The notes: a model not told the origin generated them from the sequence alone. 56,224 bases of DNA from Parcubacteria group bacterium M6-OD1-3 (GCA_003056165.1 LSNR01000024.1:1-56224); one strand, 5' to 3'. Counted from the first letter of the stretch, positions 20,569 through 29,795 are shown. Numbers and translations are program-made.

Positions 20569-20619
20569 TTTTTTAGTACAGTAAGTGGTAGAATAGGAGT
20601 ATCAATTAAGATAATTCTT

Positions 20620-22026
20620 ATGGCAAAAAATAAAAACAAAAAAATAAAAGTGGGAATATTTCACTATAGGGTTGGCAAAACAGATGGGGTTTCTTTGGAG
20701 ATAGAAAAGAGACGAGAAATTTTAACTAAACATAATTGCGATGTAAAATTAATTGCCGGACCCAACAGTATTGGAGCTGATTATATAATTAAGGAACTTG
20801 AGTGGGATAGTCGAGAGATGGCTATTATTAAAGAAAATAGTTTCAAAATTCCCAGCAGAAAAATATTGACTAGTATTGAACTTAGTAAAAAAATAAATAA
20901 AATAGCTAAAACGATAAAACATAAACTTGAAATTATTCAAAAAAAAGAAAACTTTGAATATATTTTGGTACATAATATTTTTTCATTTGGCGGACACATT
21001 CCCGCAAGTAAAGCTTTTTTAGAGTGGATCGAAGAGAATAAAATAAAATGTCTGGCAACCAGTCACGATTTTTACTGGGAGAGAAAAGAATTCCAGGTGC
21101 CCAGAAATAAATTTATTGAAAAATATTTGCAAAAATATATGCCACCGAAAAGTAAATATATTCAGCATATTGTTATAAATTCAATTGCGGAAAAGAAAAT
21201 AAAGAAAAGAAATGGTATTGATGCTAAAACTATTGGTGATATTTTTGATTTCGACCAAAAAGAATGGGAACGTGATAAATTGAATAAAAAATTCTTGAAA
21301 CAATTTAAAATAAAACCTAGTGATATTATTGTTTTACAAGCGACAAGAATTGTTCCCAGAAAGGGTATAGAGATAGCTATAGAATATACTAGGGAATTGC
21401 AATTAAAAATAAAAAGTTTAACTAAAAAAAGTATTTATAACGGGAAAAAAATTACCAAAAATTCAAAAGTTGTTTTAGTAGTTGCAGGATATGCGGAAAA
21501 AGAAAACAAAAAATATTTGACCAAATTAAAGAGACTTGCAATCGAGAAAAATATTTCAATACGATTTGTTGCGGATTATGTATCTGCAGAAAGAGAGTTT
21601 ACTAGGAATGGTAAATTGAAAAAATTTTCTCTTTGGGATATCTATACCCATGCTGATTTGATAACATATCCCAGCTTGTGGGAAGGATGGGGGAATCAAT
21701 TTATAGAGGCAATTTTTGCTAAAAAACCGATTGCTGTTTTTGAATATCCTGTATTCAAATCTGATATTAGAAAAGAGGGATATAATATAGTGTCATTCGG
21801 TGATAAATTTGTGGTAGACAAAAAAACAGGTGAAATTTCATTGCCAAAAGGTGCAATGAAAAAGGCTGTAGACAAAACAATTTGTAATTTGCTGAATAAG
21901 AAATTGAAAAAAAGAGCAGAACGAAATTTTAAAATAGGAAAAAAATATCACAATTATGAAATTTTAGAAAAATTTCTTTTAAGTATTATTAATGATATTA
22001 ATGCAAAAGAGGTGGAAGGAATATAG
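20620..22026 (+). CDS. GT-B fold glycosyltransferase (GT4-like)
   Basis: C-terminal half has PSLWEGWGNQFIEA (E-x7-E type motif). Product specificity cannot be determined. Confidence 0.65.
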   Translation: MAKNKNKKIKVGIFHYRVGKTDGVSLEIEKRREILTKHNCDVKLIAGPNSIGADYIIKELEWDSREMAIIKENSFKIPSRKILTSIELSKKINKIAKTIKHKLEIIQKKENFEYILVHNIFSFGGHIPASKAFLEWIEENKIKCLATSHDFYWERKEFQVPRNKFIEKYLQKYMPPKSKYIQHIVINSIAEKKIKKRNGIDAKTIGDIFDFDQKEWERDKLNKKFLKQFKIKPSDIIVLQATRIVPRKGIEIAIEYTRELQLKIKSLTKKSIYNGKKITKNSKVVLVVAGYAEKENKKYLTKLKRLAIEKNISIRFVADYVSAEREFTRNGKLKKFSLWDIYTHADLITYPSLWEGWGNQFIEAIFAKKPIAVFEYPVFKSDIRKEGYNIVSFGDKFVVDKKTGEISLPKGAMKKAVDKTICNLLNKKLKKRAERNFKIGKKYHNYEILEKFLLSIINDINAKEVEGI

Positions 22027-22067
22027 CGTGTTTGGACTTCATTTAAAAATAGTGAGATACAACTTCA

Positions 22068-23543
22068 TTAGTGGTGTTTTTTGAAATTGTTTATTTTTTT
22101 TGATATGCTATAGCCTTTTTCGGTGTCTAGAATCAAGAAGCCCCTTGCTTCTATTTTTTTTCTTAAAGAATCAGCTTCTTGAAAGTCTTTATTTTTTCTA
22201 GCTAGCTTTCGTTCTTCAGCAAGTTTTATTATTGTTTTTGGAATAGTCCCTTTTTCTTTAGTTATAATTTGCAAACCGAAAACTTTATTCATTTTTTCCC
22301 AGAGAGATAGGACTTCTTTTGCTTGTGCTTTTGATAATTCATTGGTAGATATTTTTTTATTTATTTCAGAAATTAATTCATATAATATACTGAATGCGAG
22401 TGGGGTGTTTAGGTCATCATTCATTGCTTTCTCAAACTTCTCAAGAATACCCGTGATTATTTTTTGAAAATTACTTTTAGAAATAACTGTTTGTTGAGTG
22501 GAATTTTTAGAAGTATTTTTTAAGGTCATGACAAACTGAGAAATTTTTTCCATATTTTTTTGTGCTTGCCGAAGAGCTTGCCAAGAAAAATTTAATTGAG
22601 AACGATAATGAGAAGAGAGAAGTAAAAGACGTAAATCCATAGCTGAAAAACTCTTTTCTTTAATATCTTCTAATGTATAGAGATTGCCCTTAGATTTACT
22701 CATTTTTTCTCCTTCAACAAGTAGATGTCGAGTATGTACCCAGTAATTTGCGAATTTTTTCCCGGTCCAACATTCTGTTTGAGCAATTTCCGCTTCGTGG
22801 TGTGGAAAAATATTATCCTCACCACCGGTATGAATATCCATAGTTGCTCCCAAGTATTCTGTGCTCATCGCAGAGCACTCAATATGCCAACCTGGATAGC
22901 CTGTGCCCCAAGGACTATCCCACTTCATTAAATGTTCTTTAGGAGCTTTGAGCCACAAGGCAAAATCCCATGGATTTTTTTTGTCAGGATGTTCTTCAAG
23001 TCTAGCCCCAATTTTTAAATTTTCTAAAGTGTTTCCTGAAAGTTTTCCGTAATCTTTAAATTTTTTGATATCAAAAAAAACATTGCCGTTTTTTTCATAG
23101 GCGTACTCTTTAGCAATTAGGTCGCCAATAATTTTTATCATTTGACTGACATGAGCGGTAGCGCGCGGAAAATATTGTGCCGGAATAATATTCATTTCCT
23201 TTTCCTTTTCCTTAAAATATTCTTCGTAAAAACGTGCAACTTCTTTAGGCGACTTTTCTTCTTCTTTGGATTTTTTGATAAGCTTATCCTCTCCACTATC
23301 GCCTTGAGCAATATCATCATTGGTTAGATGTCCAACATCGGTAATGTTTTTGATATGACGAACTTCAAAACCGAGATATTCCAAATATCTTCTAATAATA
23401 TCTGCTGTCAGATAAGAACGGATATTTCCAATATGAATATATCCATAAACTGTCGGACCACAAGTGTAAATACCAACTTTTCCCTTTTGTAAGGGTTTGA
23501 ATAATTCTTTTTTATTTGTGAGAGTGTTGTAAATGTGAAGCAT
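22068..23543 (-). CDS. cysS: Cysteine--tRNA ligase
   Basis: HIGN (HIGH) and KMSKS motifs, plus the Zn-binding CGPTVY / HIEC context. Confidence 0.95.
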   Translation of the reverse strand: MLHIYNTLTNKKELFKPLQKGKVGIYTCGPTVYGYIHIGNIRSYLTADIIRRYLEYLGFEVRHIKNITDVGHLTNDDIAQGDSGEDKLIKKSKEEEKSPKEVARFYEEYFKEKEKEMNIIPAQYFPRATAHVSQMIKIIGDLIAKEYAYEKNGNVFFDIKKFKDYGKLSGNTLENLKIGARLEEHPDKKNPWDFALWLKAPKEHLMKWDSPWGTGYPGWHIECSAMSTEYLGATMDIHTGGEDNIFPHHEAEIAQTECWTGKKFANYWVHTRHLLVEGEKMSKSKGNLYTLEDIKEKSFSAMDLRLLLLSSHYRSQLNFSWQALRQAQKNMEKISQFVMTLKNTSKNSTQQTVISKSNFQKIITGILEKFEKAMNDDLNTPLAFSILYELISEINKKISTNELSKAQAKEVLSLWEKMNKVFGLQIITKEKGTIPKTIIKLAEERKLARKNKDFQEADSLRKKIEARGFLILDTEKGYSISKKINNFKKHH

Positions 23544-23556
23544 TATTTAGAATTAT

Positions 23557-24465
23557 TTAAAACCATTTTTTAAATTTAAATATTATAACAGTAAATAGTG
23601 AAATCACGAGCATAATTCCCATATGAATCCAGAATCCATAAGGATTATTTCCAAAAGGAATGTCCGCACTCATAGCCAGAATATTTGAATAAACTGTCAT
23701 TGGCAACATTATGGCGGAAAAAATTGTTAAAACTTTCATTGTAAGATTTAATTTGTTGGAGAGGAGAGAATTATTTGTTTCTTCCAGTGATTCAATTGTT
23801 TCCTTGGCACTTTCTAATGAACTCCAGAGACGAATATTTGTGCCGATTAAATCTTGGTAATAGGCTCGTAATTCTATAGGAATAAATTTTGTATCCATTT
23901 GTGCCAATGATTCTAAAATTGATCGCTGTGGTTTTAGAGCGCGACGAAAATTTAATACATCTCTTTTGGCAATGGAAATTTCTCTAACCATTTCTTTTTC
24001 ATCTCCATTGAAAACATGTCGTTCAATATCATCTATATTTTTGTGGATGCGGTCAAGTCTCGGGAAACAAGAATCAATTAGAATTTCCAAAAGATGATAA
24101 AGCAAATGAGCCGGCGTTTCTCGCATATATATGCGTCGTTGACCTTCACTATTATGAAGCTTATTAAAAAAGTCTGTCAGTTGATAAATATTGTGACTGT
24201 GTCCAGTTATTAGAGTGTTTTCCGTAATAACAATATCCAATTCTCCAGAATAGGTTGTTCTTTCCTTAACATCATATAAAGGAATGTGAACTGTCAAAAA
24301 AACACAATTTTTGTATTCCGTTGCTTTGGGGCGAATGGTTGGTGTGACAAATTCTTCAATCGCCAATGGATGAATATTAAAATTATCCTGAAGATAATCG
24401 GTATCCGTTTTATCCGGTTTTTCAAAATCTAGCCAACTGAAATTTTTAAAAGTGATTGTCCTCAT
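23557..24465 (-). CDS. CorA-family divalent cation transporter with a non-canonical pore motif
   Basis: CorA-like cytoplasmic domain and two C-terminal TM helices. AMS sits where the canonical GMN would be (LAMSADIPF). Confidence 0.7.
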   Translation of the reverse strand: MRTITFKNFSWLDFEKPDKTDTDYLQDNFNIHPLAIEEFVTPTIRPKATEYKNCVFLTVHIPLYDVKERTTYSGELDIVITENTLITGHSHNIYQLTDFFNKLHNSEGQRRIYMRETPAHLLYHLLEILIDSCFPRLDRIHKNIDDIERHVFNGDEKEMVREISIAKRDVLNFRRALKPQRSILESLAQMDTKFIPIELRAYYQDLIGTNIRLWSSLESAKETIESLEETNNSLLSNKLNLTMKVLTIFSAIMLPMTVYSNILAMSADIPFGNNPYGFWIHMGIMLVISLFTVIIFKFKKWF

Positions 24466-24553
24466 TTTGTTTTTATGTTATTTTTATTTATATTACAGAA
24501 AGTCTTGTAAACAAATTCATTATATAATATATTTAAATGATTGGCAAAATAAA

Positions 24554-24808
24554 ATGAAAAAAATTATTCTATTTTTAATTAGATTTTATCAAAGAGTATT
24601 TTCCTTGGATCAAGGGATATTCAGTTTTTTATTTTCCGAAAGATTTTGTCGTTTTCACCCAACCTGTTCCGAATATACTTATCAATCCGTAGACAGATTT
24701 GGAATTTTCAAAGGGAGTTGGCTGGGCTTTAAACGAATAATTAGGTGTCATCCATGGAACGATGGAGGCTACGACCCAGTGCCAAAGAAGAAAAAGAAAG
24801 GAAAATAG
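24554..24808 (+). CDS. yidD: Membrane protein insertion efficiency factor YidD (ATG at 24554 preferred)
   Basis: [10 protein letters not shown]...[13 protein letters not shown]...RCHPW..GGYDPVP. Confidence 0.9.
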   Translation: MKKIILFLIRFYQRVFSLDQGIFSFLFSERFCRFHPTCSEYTYQSVDRFGIFKGSWLGFKRIIRCHPWNDGGYDPVPKKKKKGK

Positions 24809-24857
24809 AGGTTATAAGTTTATTGAAATTAGCGCAGAAATGTGGTATAATTAAGTT

Positions 24858-25136
24858 ATGAATAGGCAGATCGATAATAAAATCCCTAGTTTTTTGAAGC
24901 CATTTTTATGGTCGTACGATTTATCGCGTTTGGATTTGGCAAAACATAAAAAAATTATTATTAAAAATATTCTTGACTACGGAACAGAAGAAGCGACAAA
25001 TTGGCTAAAGAAAAATTATTCAGAACGAGATATTAAGGAAGCAATACAACAAACAACTAGAACCGAATGGAGTAAAAAATCTATAAACCTGTGGTCTTTT
25101 ATTTACAATGTTCAACCAAAAGAGACTAGATTTTAG
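24858..25136 (+). CDS. Small hypothetical protein, candidate partner of the downstream nucleotidyltransferase
   Basis: 92 aa ORF ending 4 nt before the next start. No recognisable catalytic motif. Confidence 0.4.
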   Translation: MNRQIDNKIPSFLKPFLWSYDLSRLDLAKHKKIIIKNILDYGTEEATNWLKKNYSERDIKEAIQQTTRTEWSKKSINLWSFIYNVQPKETRF

Positions 25137-25140
25137 AAAT

Positions 25141-25764
25141 ATGTTTTATAATATTCTTGACGAAAAAAGAAAAGATATATTGCCACTATTTAGAAAACTG
25201 AAAAATAAGTTTTATTTGGCTGGCGGAACAGCTTTGGCTTTGCAGTTGGGTCATCGAGATAGCGTTGATTTCGATTTTTTTTCTGAAGATGAATTTGATA
25301 CGCGAGAATTATTTGAAAAGTTAAAAATACTTTTTCAAGATTTTGAAATTAAAAAAGTTCAAGATGAAAAAAATACATTGACTATTATCGTTGATAAAAA
25401 TGTGAAGTTGAGTTTCTTTACTTATGAATATACGCTTTTAAACTCATTGCTAGACGAAAAATATATTAGATTAGCATCCTTAGAAGATATTGCATGTATG
25501 AAATTGTCGGCAATTGTTAGTCGTTCTACGGAAAAAGATTATGTGGACTTATATTTTATTTTGCAAAATTATAAATTAAAAGATTTATTAAATTTATCTA
25601 AGAAAAAATTTCCTACTTTGGATACAAATTTAATTATCAAAAGCTTAACTTATTTTGATGATATTATTGAAGAAGAAATTATTTTCAAAAATAACAATAA
25701 TATTTCATTAGTTGAAATTGAAACTTTTTTAGAAAAAGTAGTGAGAGATTATTTAAAAAAATAA
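25141..25764 (+). CDS. AbiEii/DUF1814-like nucleotidyltransferase (putative type IV toxin-like)
   Basis: FYLAGGTALALQLGHRDSVDFDFF is the typical N-terminal NTase signature of this family. ATG at 25141 is chosen. Confidence 0.55.
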   Translation: MFYNILDEKRKDILPLFRKLKNKFYLAGGTALALQLGHRDSVDFDFFSEDEFDTRELFEKLKILFQDFEIKKVQDEKNTLTIIVDKNVKLSFFTYEYTLLNSLLDEKYIRLASLEDIACMKLSAIVSRSTEKDYVDLYFILQNYKLKDLLNLSKKKFPTLDTNLIIKSLTYFDDIIEEEIIFKNNNNISLVEIETFLEKVVRDYLKK

Positions 25765-25821
25765 TATTTTATTGAATAATATTTTCATATTGTCACTAGA
25801 ATCTAATAATGGTGATTTTTT

Positions 25822-25856
25822 AGTAACGTACCATGGTACGTTACTTGGTACGTTAC
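25822..25856 (+). repeat. Triple 10-mer motif: inverted plus two direct GGTACGTTAC units (copy 1 of 2)
   Basis: agtaacgtaccatggtacgttacttggtacgttac. A near-identical copy lies at 41246-41279. Confidence 0.9.
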
Positions 25857-26163
25857 CCAGTGTATTGCTTAATATTGCTATTTACTTTTTGAAAAATAAA
25901 AACAGTTAATTGCTCCAGTTAATTATTTGTCTGCCTGTCTTTGGATGGAAACCATGTTGAGTCCCTGTCTATCGGTAAGCAAGTAAATCTATCTATTAGC
26001 ATTTTTGAAATTGTAGTGAAATGGAGGTTAGCGAAGTGAAAGAAATTTGGACAGAGCCTGCAAGGCGTAGTCTCTTAATTGCTGTTATGTGTTTTTTCTG
26101 TAAGAAAAAATGCTGGAGAAAATTTTTAATTTTCGCAAGCACAGTATGACGCAGGGATGGACG

Positions 26164-26649
26164 TTAGAAGTAATATTTATTAAGTAAGAATAATAGTTCG
26201 GGATGGAATTTTTCTCCATTATTTACCATTTTTTTAATTTTTTGTATTGTAAAAAAATCAACTTTGTTAACAACTTCTTTATCTGGATGAAATGGTCCAT
26301 TAAAAATGGACTTAAATGTAAATAAAAATTTATTTGGAGTACCTTCTGCTTCATAATAATCTTTATTAAATTCTTCAATTTCACTAGTTAAACCTAATTC
26401 TTCTTGATATTCTCTTAGGGCAGCATCTTTATAAGATTCTTTAGATTGCACATGACCTCCAACAGTTGTTGACCAATGATTTGGACAAAATGAAACTTGC
26501 TTGCTTCTTAATTGTAAAGCCATTTCATTTTTATTGTTAAATATTAAAATGTGTACAATTCTATGACATAACGATTTTTTGTATATGTCTTCTCTAGAAG
26601 CAACTCCAATTACTTCATCTTTTTTATTTACAATGTCTAAAAATTCCAT
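26164..26649 (-). CDS. Nudix hydrolase
   Basis: Nudix box GGHVQSKESYKDAALREYQEELGL (Gx5Ex7REUxEExGU). Confidence 0.85.
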   Translation of the reverse strand: MEFLDIVNKKDEVIGVASREDIYKKSLCHRIVHILIFNNKNEMALQLRSKQVSFCPNHWSTTVGGHVQSKESYKDAALREYQEELGLTSEIEEFNKDYYEAEGTPNKFLFTFKSIFNGPFHPDKEVVNKVDFFTIQKIKKMVNNGEKFHPELLFLLNKYYF

Positions 26650-27055
26650 CTAAATAGTATTAATTATTTACTTAAATATAAAAGTTATGTTAGTCCGTCT
26701 CGAGTAATATTGCACATAACGTTCATCGATGAAGCGAAGTTTTATTTACTCTTTATTATTGTTTCTCTTTGAGCGAAACGGAAGAGAAAGGTTTAATAAA
26801 TGTAAATTTCTGGAATTGCATATACTTTGTTATGTGATGCAACATCTGAAAATTTATTTTTGTTTATTAAAATTTAAAAAGTCATATTTTCTGAAGGCTT
26901 GAGTAAGATTTGGGCGGGTAATTTCACTAACTCTAGTATGGCATACACAACTAGCCGTCTATCCGGTTGTTATATGAAGCCACGAAACGCGAGCCCCTGC
27001 CTACCGGCAGGCAGGCAAGTCTATCCTTGCATTATTTGGAACCGAGCTCGCGAGG

Positions 27056-27249
27056 TTTCAAATAACTGGTTTTTATACAAACTTTTTAGTCTTTAATAAT
27101 TTAAGTTTGTATATTATGCCTACTGTAAAAAGTAGTATTTTTTTGTTTCGTAAGTTAATTTTATTATAACAAACTATTTTTTTAAAAACAATGAAAAATG
27201 TTGGAGAGAAAATAATCTAGGACCGTCCTAGACATCCCTTTTTTTAAAA
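27056..27249 (+). repeat. Left copy of a ~194-bp direct repeat ending in the 17-nt REP-like palindrome
   Basis: Aligned by eye to 31419-31612, with 5 substitutions over about 194 nt. Confidence 0.95.
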
Positions 27250-27321
27250 TTAAAAAACTTGCAATTTTATTTAGATACTGATAGTATATCAATATAATTT
27301 GATATAGTTGATATTAATATT

Positions 27322-27630
27322 ATGAAATGTTTTTGTAAAACCAATCAAAGCACAAAACAGCTTTCGGAAACTGTTTTATTTTTAAAGGCGGTTTCTGACG
27401 AGAATCGTTTGAAAATTATTTGCTTCTTAAATAAGGGTGAAAAATGTGTTTGTGAGATTGTAGAATTTTTAGAATTACCTCAAAATCTCGTGTCTCACCA
27501 TCTAAAGATTTTGAGAAATCAAAACATTCTTATTTCGAGAAAGAATGGCTTAAATGTTTTTTATTCAATTAATCAAAAGAATATATCAAATATTATAAAC
27601 TTTTTTAATTTTTTAATTTTAAAATCATGA
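27322..27630 (+). CDS. ArsR/SmtB family metalloregulator
   Basis: wHTH with LKAVSDENRLKII, CVCEI (metal/arsenite-binding Cys pair) and VSHHLKILR. Confidence 0.9.
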   Translation: MKCFCKTNQSTKQLSETVLFLKAVSDENRLKIICFLNKGEKCVCEIVEFLELPQNLVSHHLKILRNQNILISRKNGLNVFYSINQKNISNIINFFNFLILKS

Positions 27631-27881
27631 AAAAAATAAATATCCAAGTTTTGGGTGCAGGTTGTCCGACCTGCAAAACTCTTTATGATAAAGTTTTGGA
27701 AGTTGCCAAAAAAATTAATTCAACACTAGAAGTTGAATATATTACTGATGTTACAAAAATTGTAGAATTGGGAGCTATGAGTAGTCCAGTGTTTGCAATT
27801 GACGGAGAAGTTATAACAGCTGGAAAAATGCCCAATGAACAGGAAATCAAAGATGTTATTTTAGAGAAATTAAACTCTTAA
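27627..27881 (+). CDS. Thioredoxin-fold redox-active disulfide protein
   Basis: GAGCPTC (CxxC) in an ~84 aa protein. ATGA overlap with the arsR stop. Confidence 0.85.
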   Translation: MKKINIQVLGAGCPTCKTLYDKVLEVAKKINSTLEVEYITDVTKIVELGAMSSPVFAIDGEVITAGKMPNEQEIKDVILEKLNS

Positions 27882-27884
27882 GTT

Positions 27885-28856
27885 ATGAATATTTTCTATC
27901 CTTTTAAATGGCTGGCTGATTATATTACTTTTAATGTATTTTCGCTAGAAGTAGGTTCTCATTTGGGTGGTTCTGTGCAGTTCTTTTTTTATGATTCTTT
28001 TAAAATTGTTGCTCTCATTTTATTTATTACTCATTTTATGAGTTTGCTCAGATACTATCTACCAATTGAAGAATTAAGAAATTTCCTTACTAAACATAAG
28101 TTTTATGGATTAGATTATTTTTTGGCGACAATTTTTGGAGCTATTACTCCCTTTTGTTCCTGTTCATCAATCCCTTTATTTATCGGTTTTATTGAAGCAA
28201 GAGTTCCATTAGGGGTTACTTTTGCTTTTTTAATAACATCTCCGTTAATTAATGAGGTGGCTTTGGCTTTGTTTGTTGGAATGTTTGGTTTGAAGATTAC
28301 ATTTTTTTATGTTTTGGCAGGAATAACTGTTGGAATGTTTGGCGGTTTTGTTATTGGAAAGTTACATTTGGAAAAATATGTAGAAGACTTTGTTTGGAAA
28401 ATACATAGTCAAAGACAAAACTTTAGAAAAAAAGAAATTCCATTTTCTAAAGTTTTAAAAATTATTTCCACAGAAGCTTTAACAATAACAAGAAAAATTA
28501 TTTTTTATGTTTTGATCGGTGTTGGGCTCGGAGCATTTATTCACGGTTTTGTTCCACAGGGATTTTTTGAAAAATATTTGCAAAAAGCTGGTTGGTGGGG
28601 GGTTCCATTAGCTGTAATTTTGGCTGTTCCTCTTTATTCAAATGCCAGTGGCGTTATTCCTATCATAGAATCCTTAGTTACAAAAGGAGTCCCTCTTGGT
28701 ACAGCACTGGCTTTAATGATGGCAATTGTGGGAATATCACTGCCTGAAGCATTAATTTTGAAAAAAATAATGAAGTGGCAATTGCTAGCGATTTTTTTTG
28801 GTATAGTAACTTTGGGAATAATTATAATTGGTTATTTGTTTAATTTATTTTTATAA
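27885..28856 (+). CDS. DUF318/ArsP-like permease
   Basis: Polytopic membrane protein with a TPFCSCSSIP motif. It shows the classic ArsR/thioredoxin-like/permease gene order. Confidence 0.8.
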   Translation: MNIFYPFKWLADYITFNVFSLEVGSHLGGSVQFFFYDSFKIVALILFITHFMSLLRYYLPIEELRNFLTKHKFYGLDYFLATIFGAITPFCSCSSIPLFIGFIEARVPLGVTFAFLITSPLINEVALALFVGMFGLKITFFYVLAGITVGMFGGFVIGKLHLEKYVEDFVWKIHSQRQNFRKKEIPFSKVLKIISTEALTITRKIIFYVLIGVGLGAFIHGFVPQGFFEKYLQKAGWWGVPLAVILAVPLYSNASGVIPIIESLVTKGVPLGTALALMMAIVGISLPEALILKKIMKWQLLAIFFGIVTLGIIIIGYLFNLFL

Positions 28857-28865
28857 ATAGTAATC

Positions 28866-28986
28866 TAATCTAGGACCGTCCTAGACATCTAATCTAGGAC
28901 CGTCCTAGACATCTACTTAAAAACAGTCTTTCCCCAGGCTGTTTTTATCTTATTTATAGAGAAAATAATCTAGGACCGTCCTAGAC
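28866..28986 (+). repeat. Cluster of three REP-like palindromes upstream of the RAYT-like gene
   Basis: tctaggaccgtcctaga at 28869-28885, 28893-28909 and 28968-28984. Confidence 0.95.
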
Positions 28987-29008
28987 AAAAAATAATTATT
29001 ATTTTAGA

Positions 29009-29653
29009 ATGATGTATATGAGTAGAAGAGAAAAAATAATTATTGGAGAATATTATCATATTTTTAATCGTGGAGTAGAGAAACGAAAAGTGTTTAATAA
29101 TAACAGAGATTATTCACGTTTTGTTAACGCGATGATTCTTTTAAATATTGAAAAGTCATCTAAAATGCCTTCCAAAAAAATTGATATTAATGATTATCCC
29201 TCTGATAATGAGAGATTGGTGGACATCGTCGCATATTGCTTAAATTCAAATCACTTTCATTTTATTTTAAAGGAAAACAAAAAAAACGGTATCGCAACCT
29301 TTATTAAAAAAGTGTGTACAAGCCACGCGATGTACTTTAACAAAAAATATAAAAGATCAGGAGTATTATTTCAAGGAAGATTTAAGTCAAAACACATAGA
29401 TTCAAATGATTTATTATTATATTTATCGGCTTATGTAAATTGTAATAGCCAAATTCATAGAGTGAAAGATGCTGAAGAATATCTATGGTGTAGTTTTCCT
29501 GAATATTTAGAAAAATCTGAACCTAGTGTATGTCAAAAAGATATTATCATTAATCAGTTTAAAGACTCAAATAAATATAAGAAATTCTGCTTAGAAAAAA
29601 TTATTGGAATGATAGAAAAGAAGGATGACGAAAAGCTATATTTTTTAGAGTAG
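29009..29653 (+). CDS. IS200-like HUH/Y1 transposase, REP-associated tyrosine transposase (RAYT)-like
   Basis: YHIFNRGVEKRKVF N-terminus, HUH motif NHFHFIL and candidate catalytic Tyr region YLSAYVNCN. Flanked on both sides by the same palindrome. Confidence 0.75.
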   Translation: MMYMSRREKIIIGEYYHIFNRGVEKRKVFNNNRDYSRFVNAMILLNIEKSSKMPSKKIDINDYPSDNERLVDIVAYCLNSNHFHFILKENKKNGIATFIKKVCTSHAMYFNKKYKRSGVLFQGRFKSKHIDSNDLLLYLSAYVNCNSQIHRVKDAEEYLWCSFPEYLEKSEPSVCQKDIIINQFKDSNKYKKFCLEKIIGMIEKKDDEKLYFLE

Positions 29654-29756
29654 AACAGCTCCAGATGCTACAGCTTCTAGGACCGTCCTAGACATTTATT
29701 TTTTAGAGTAGAACAGCTCCAGATGCTACAGCTTCTAGGACCGTCCTAGACATTTA
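29641..29756 (+). repeat. Perfect 2 x 58-bp tandem duplication covering the RAYT stop codon, each unit carrying one REP-like palindrome
   Basis: Units 29641-29698 and 29699-29756 are identical by eye. Palindromes lie at 29676-29692 and 29734-29750. Confidence 0.95.
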
Positions 29757-29795
29757 CTTTTTCTTGAATCTCATACACGCTGTTAAGTGATGTAA

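Noticed and set aside
26899-27096. ORFs over repeat modules (26899-27096 +, 30481-30684 -, 30744-31076 +)
   Set aside because: They are created by GC-rich palindromic repeats (translations such as PAGRQ), overlap repeat copies and lack translation signals.
27627-27630. Possible alternative genetic code (UGA recoding, as in some CPR lineages)
   Set aside because: TGA terminates several well-delimited genes at their expected ends (for example 4543-4545 and 27628-30, which overlaps the next ATG). No conserved protein needs read-through, so standard code 11 fits.
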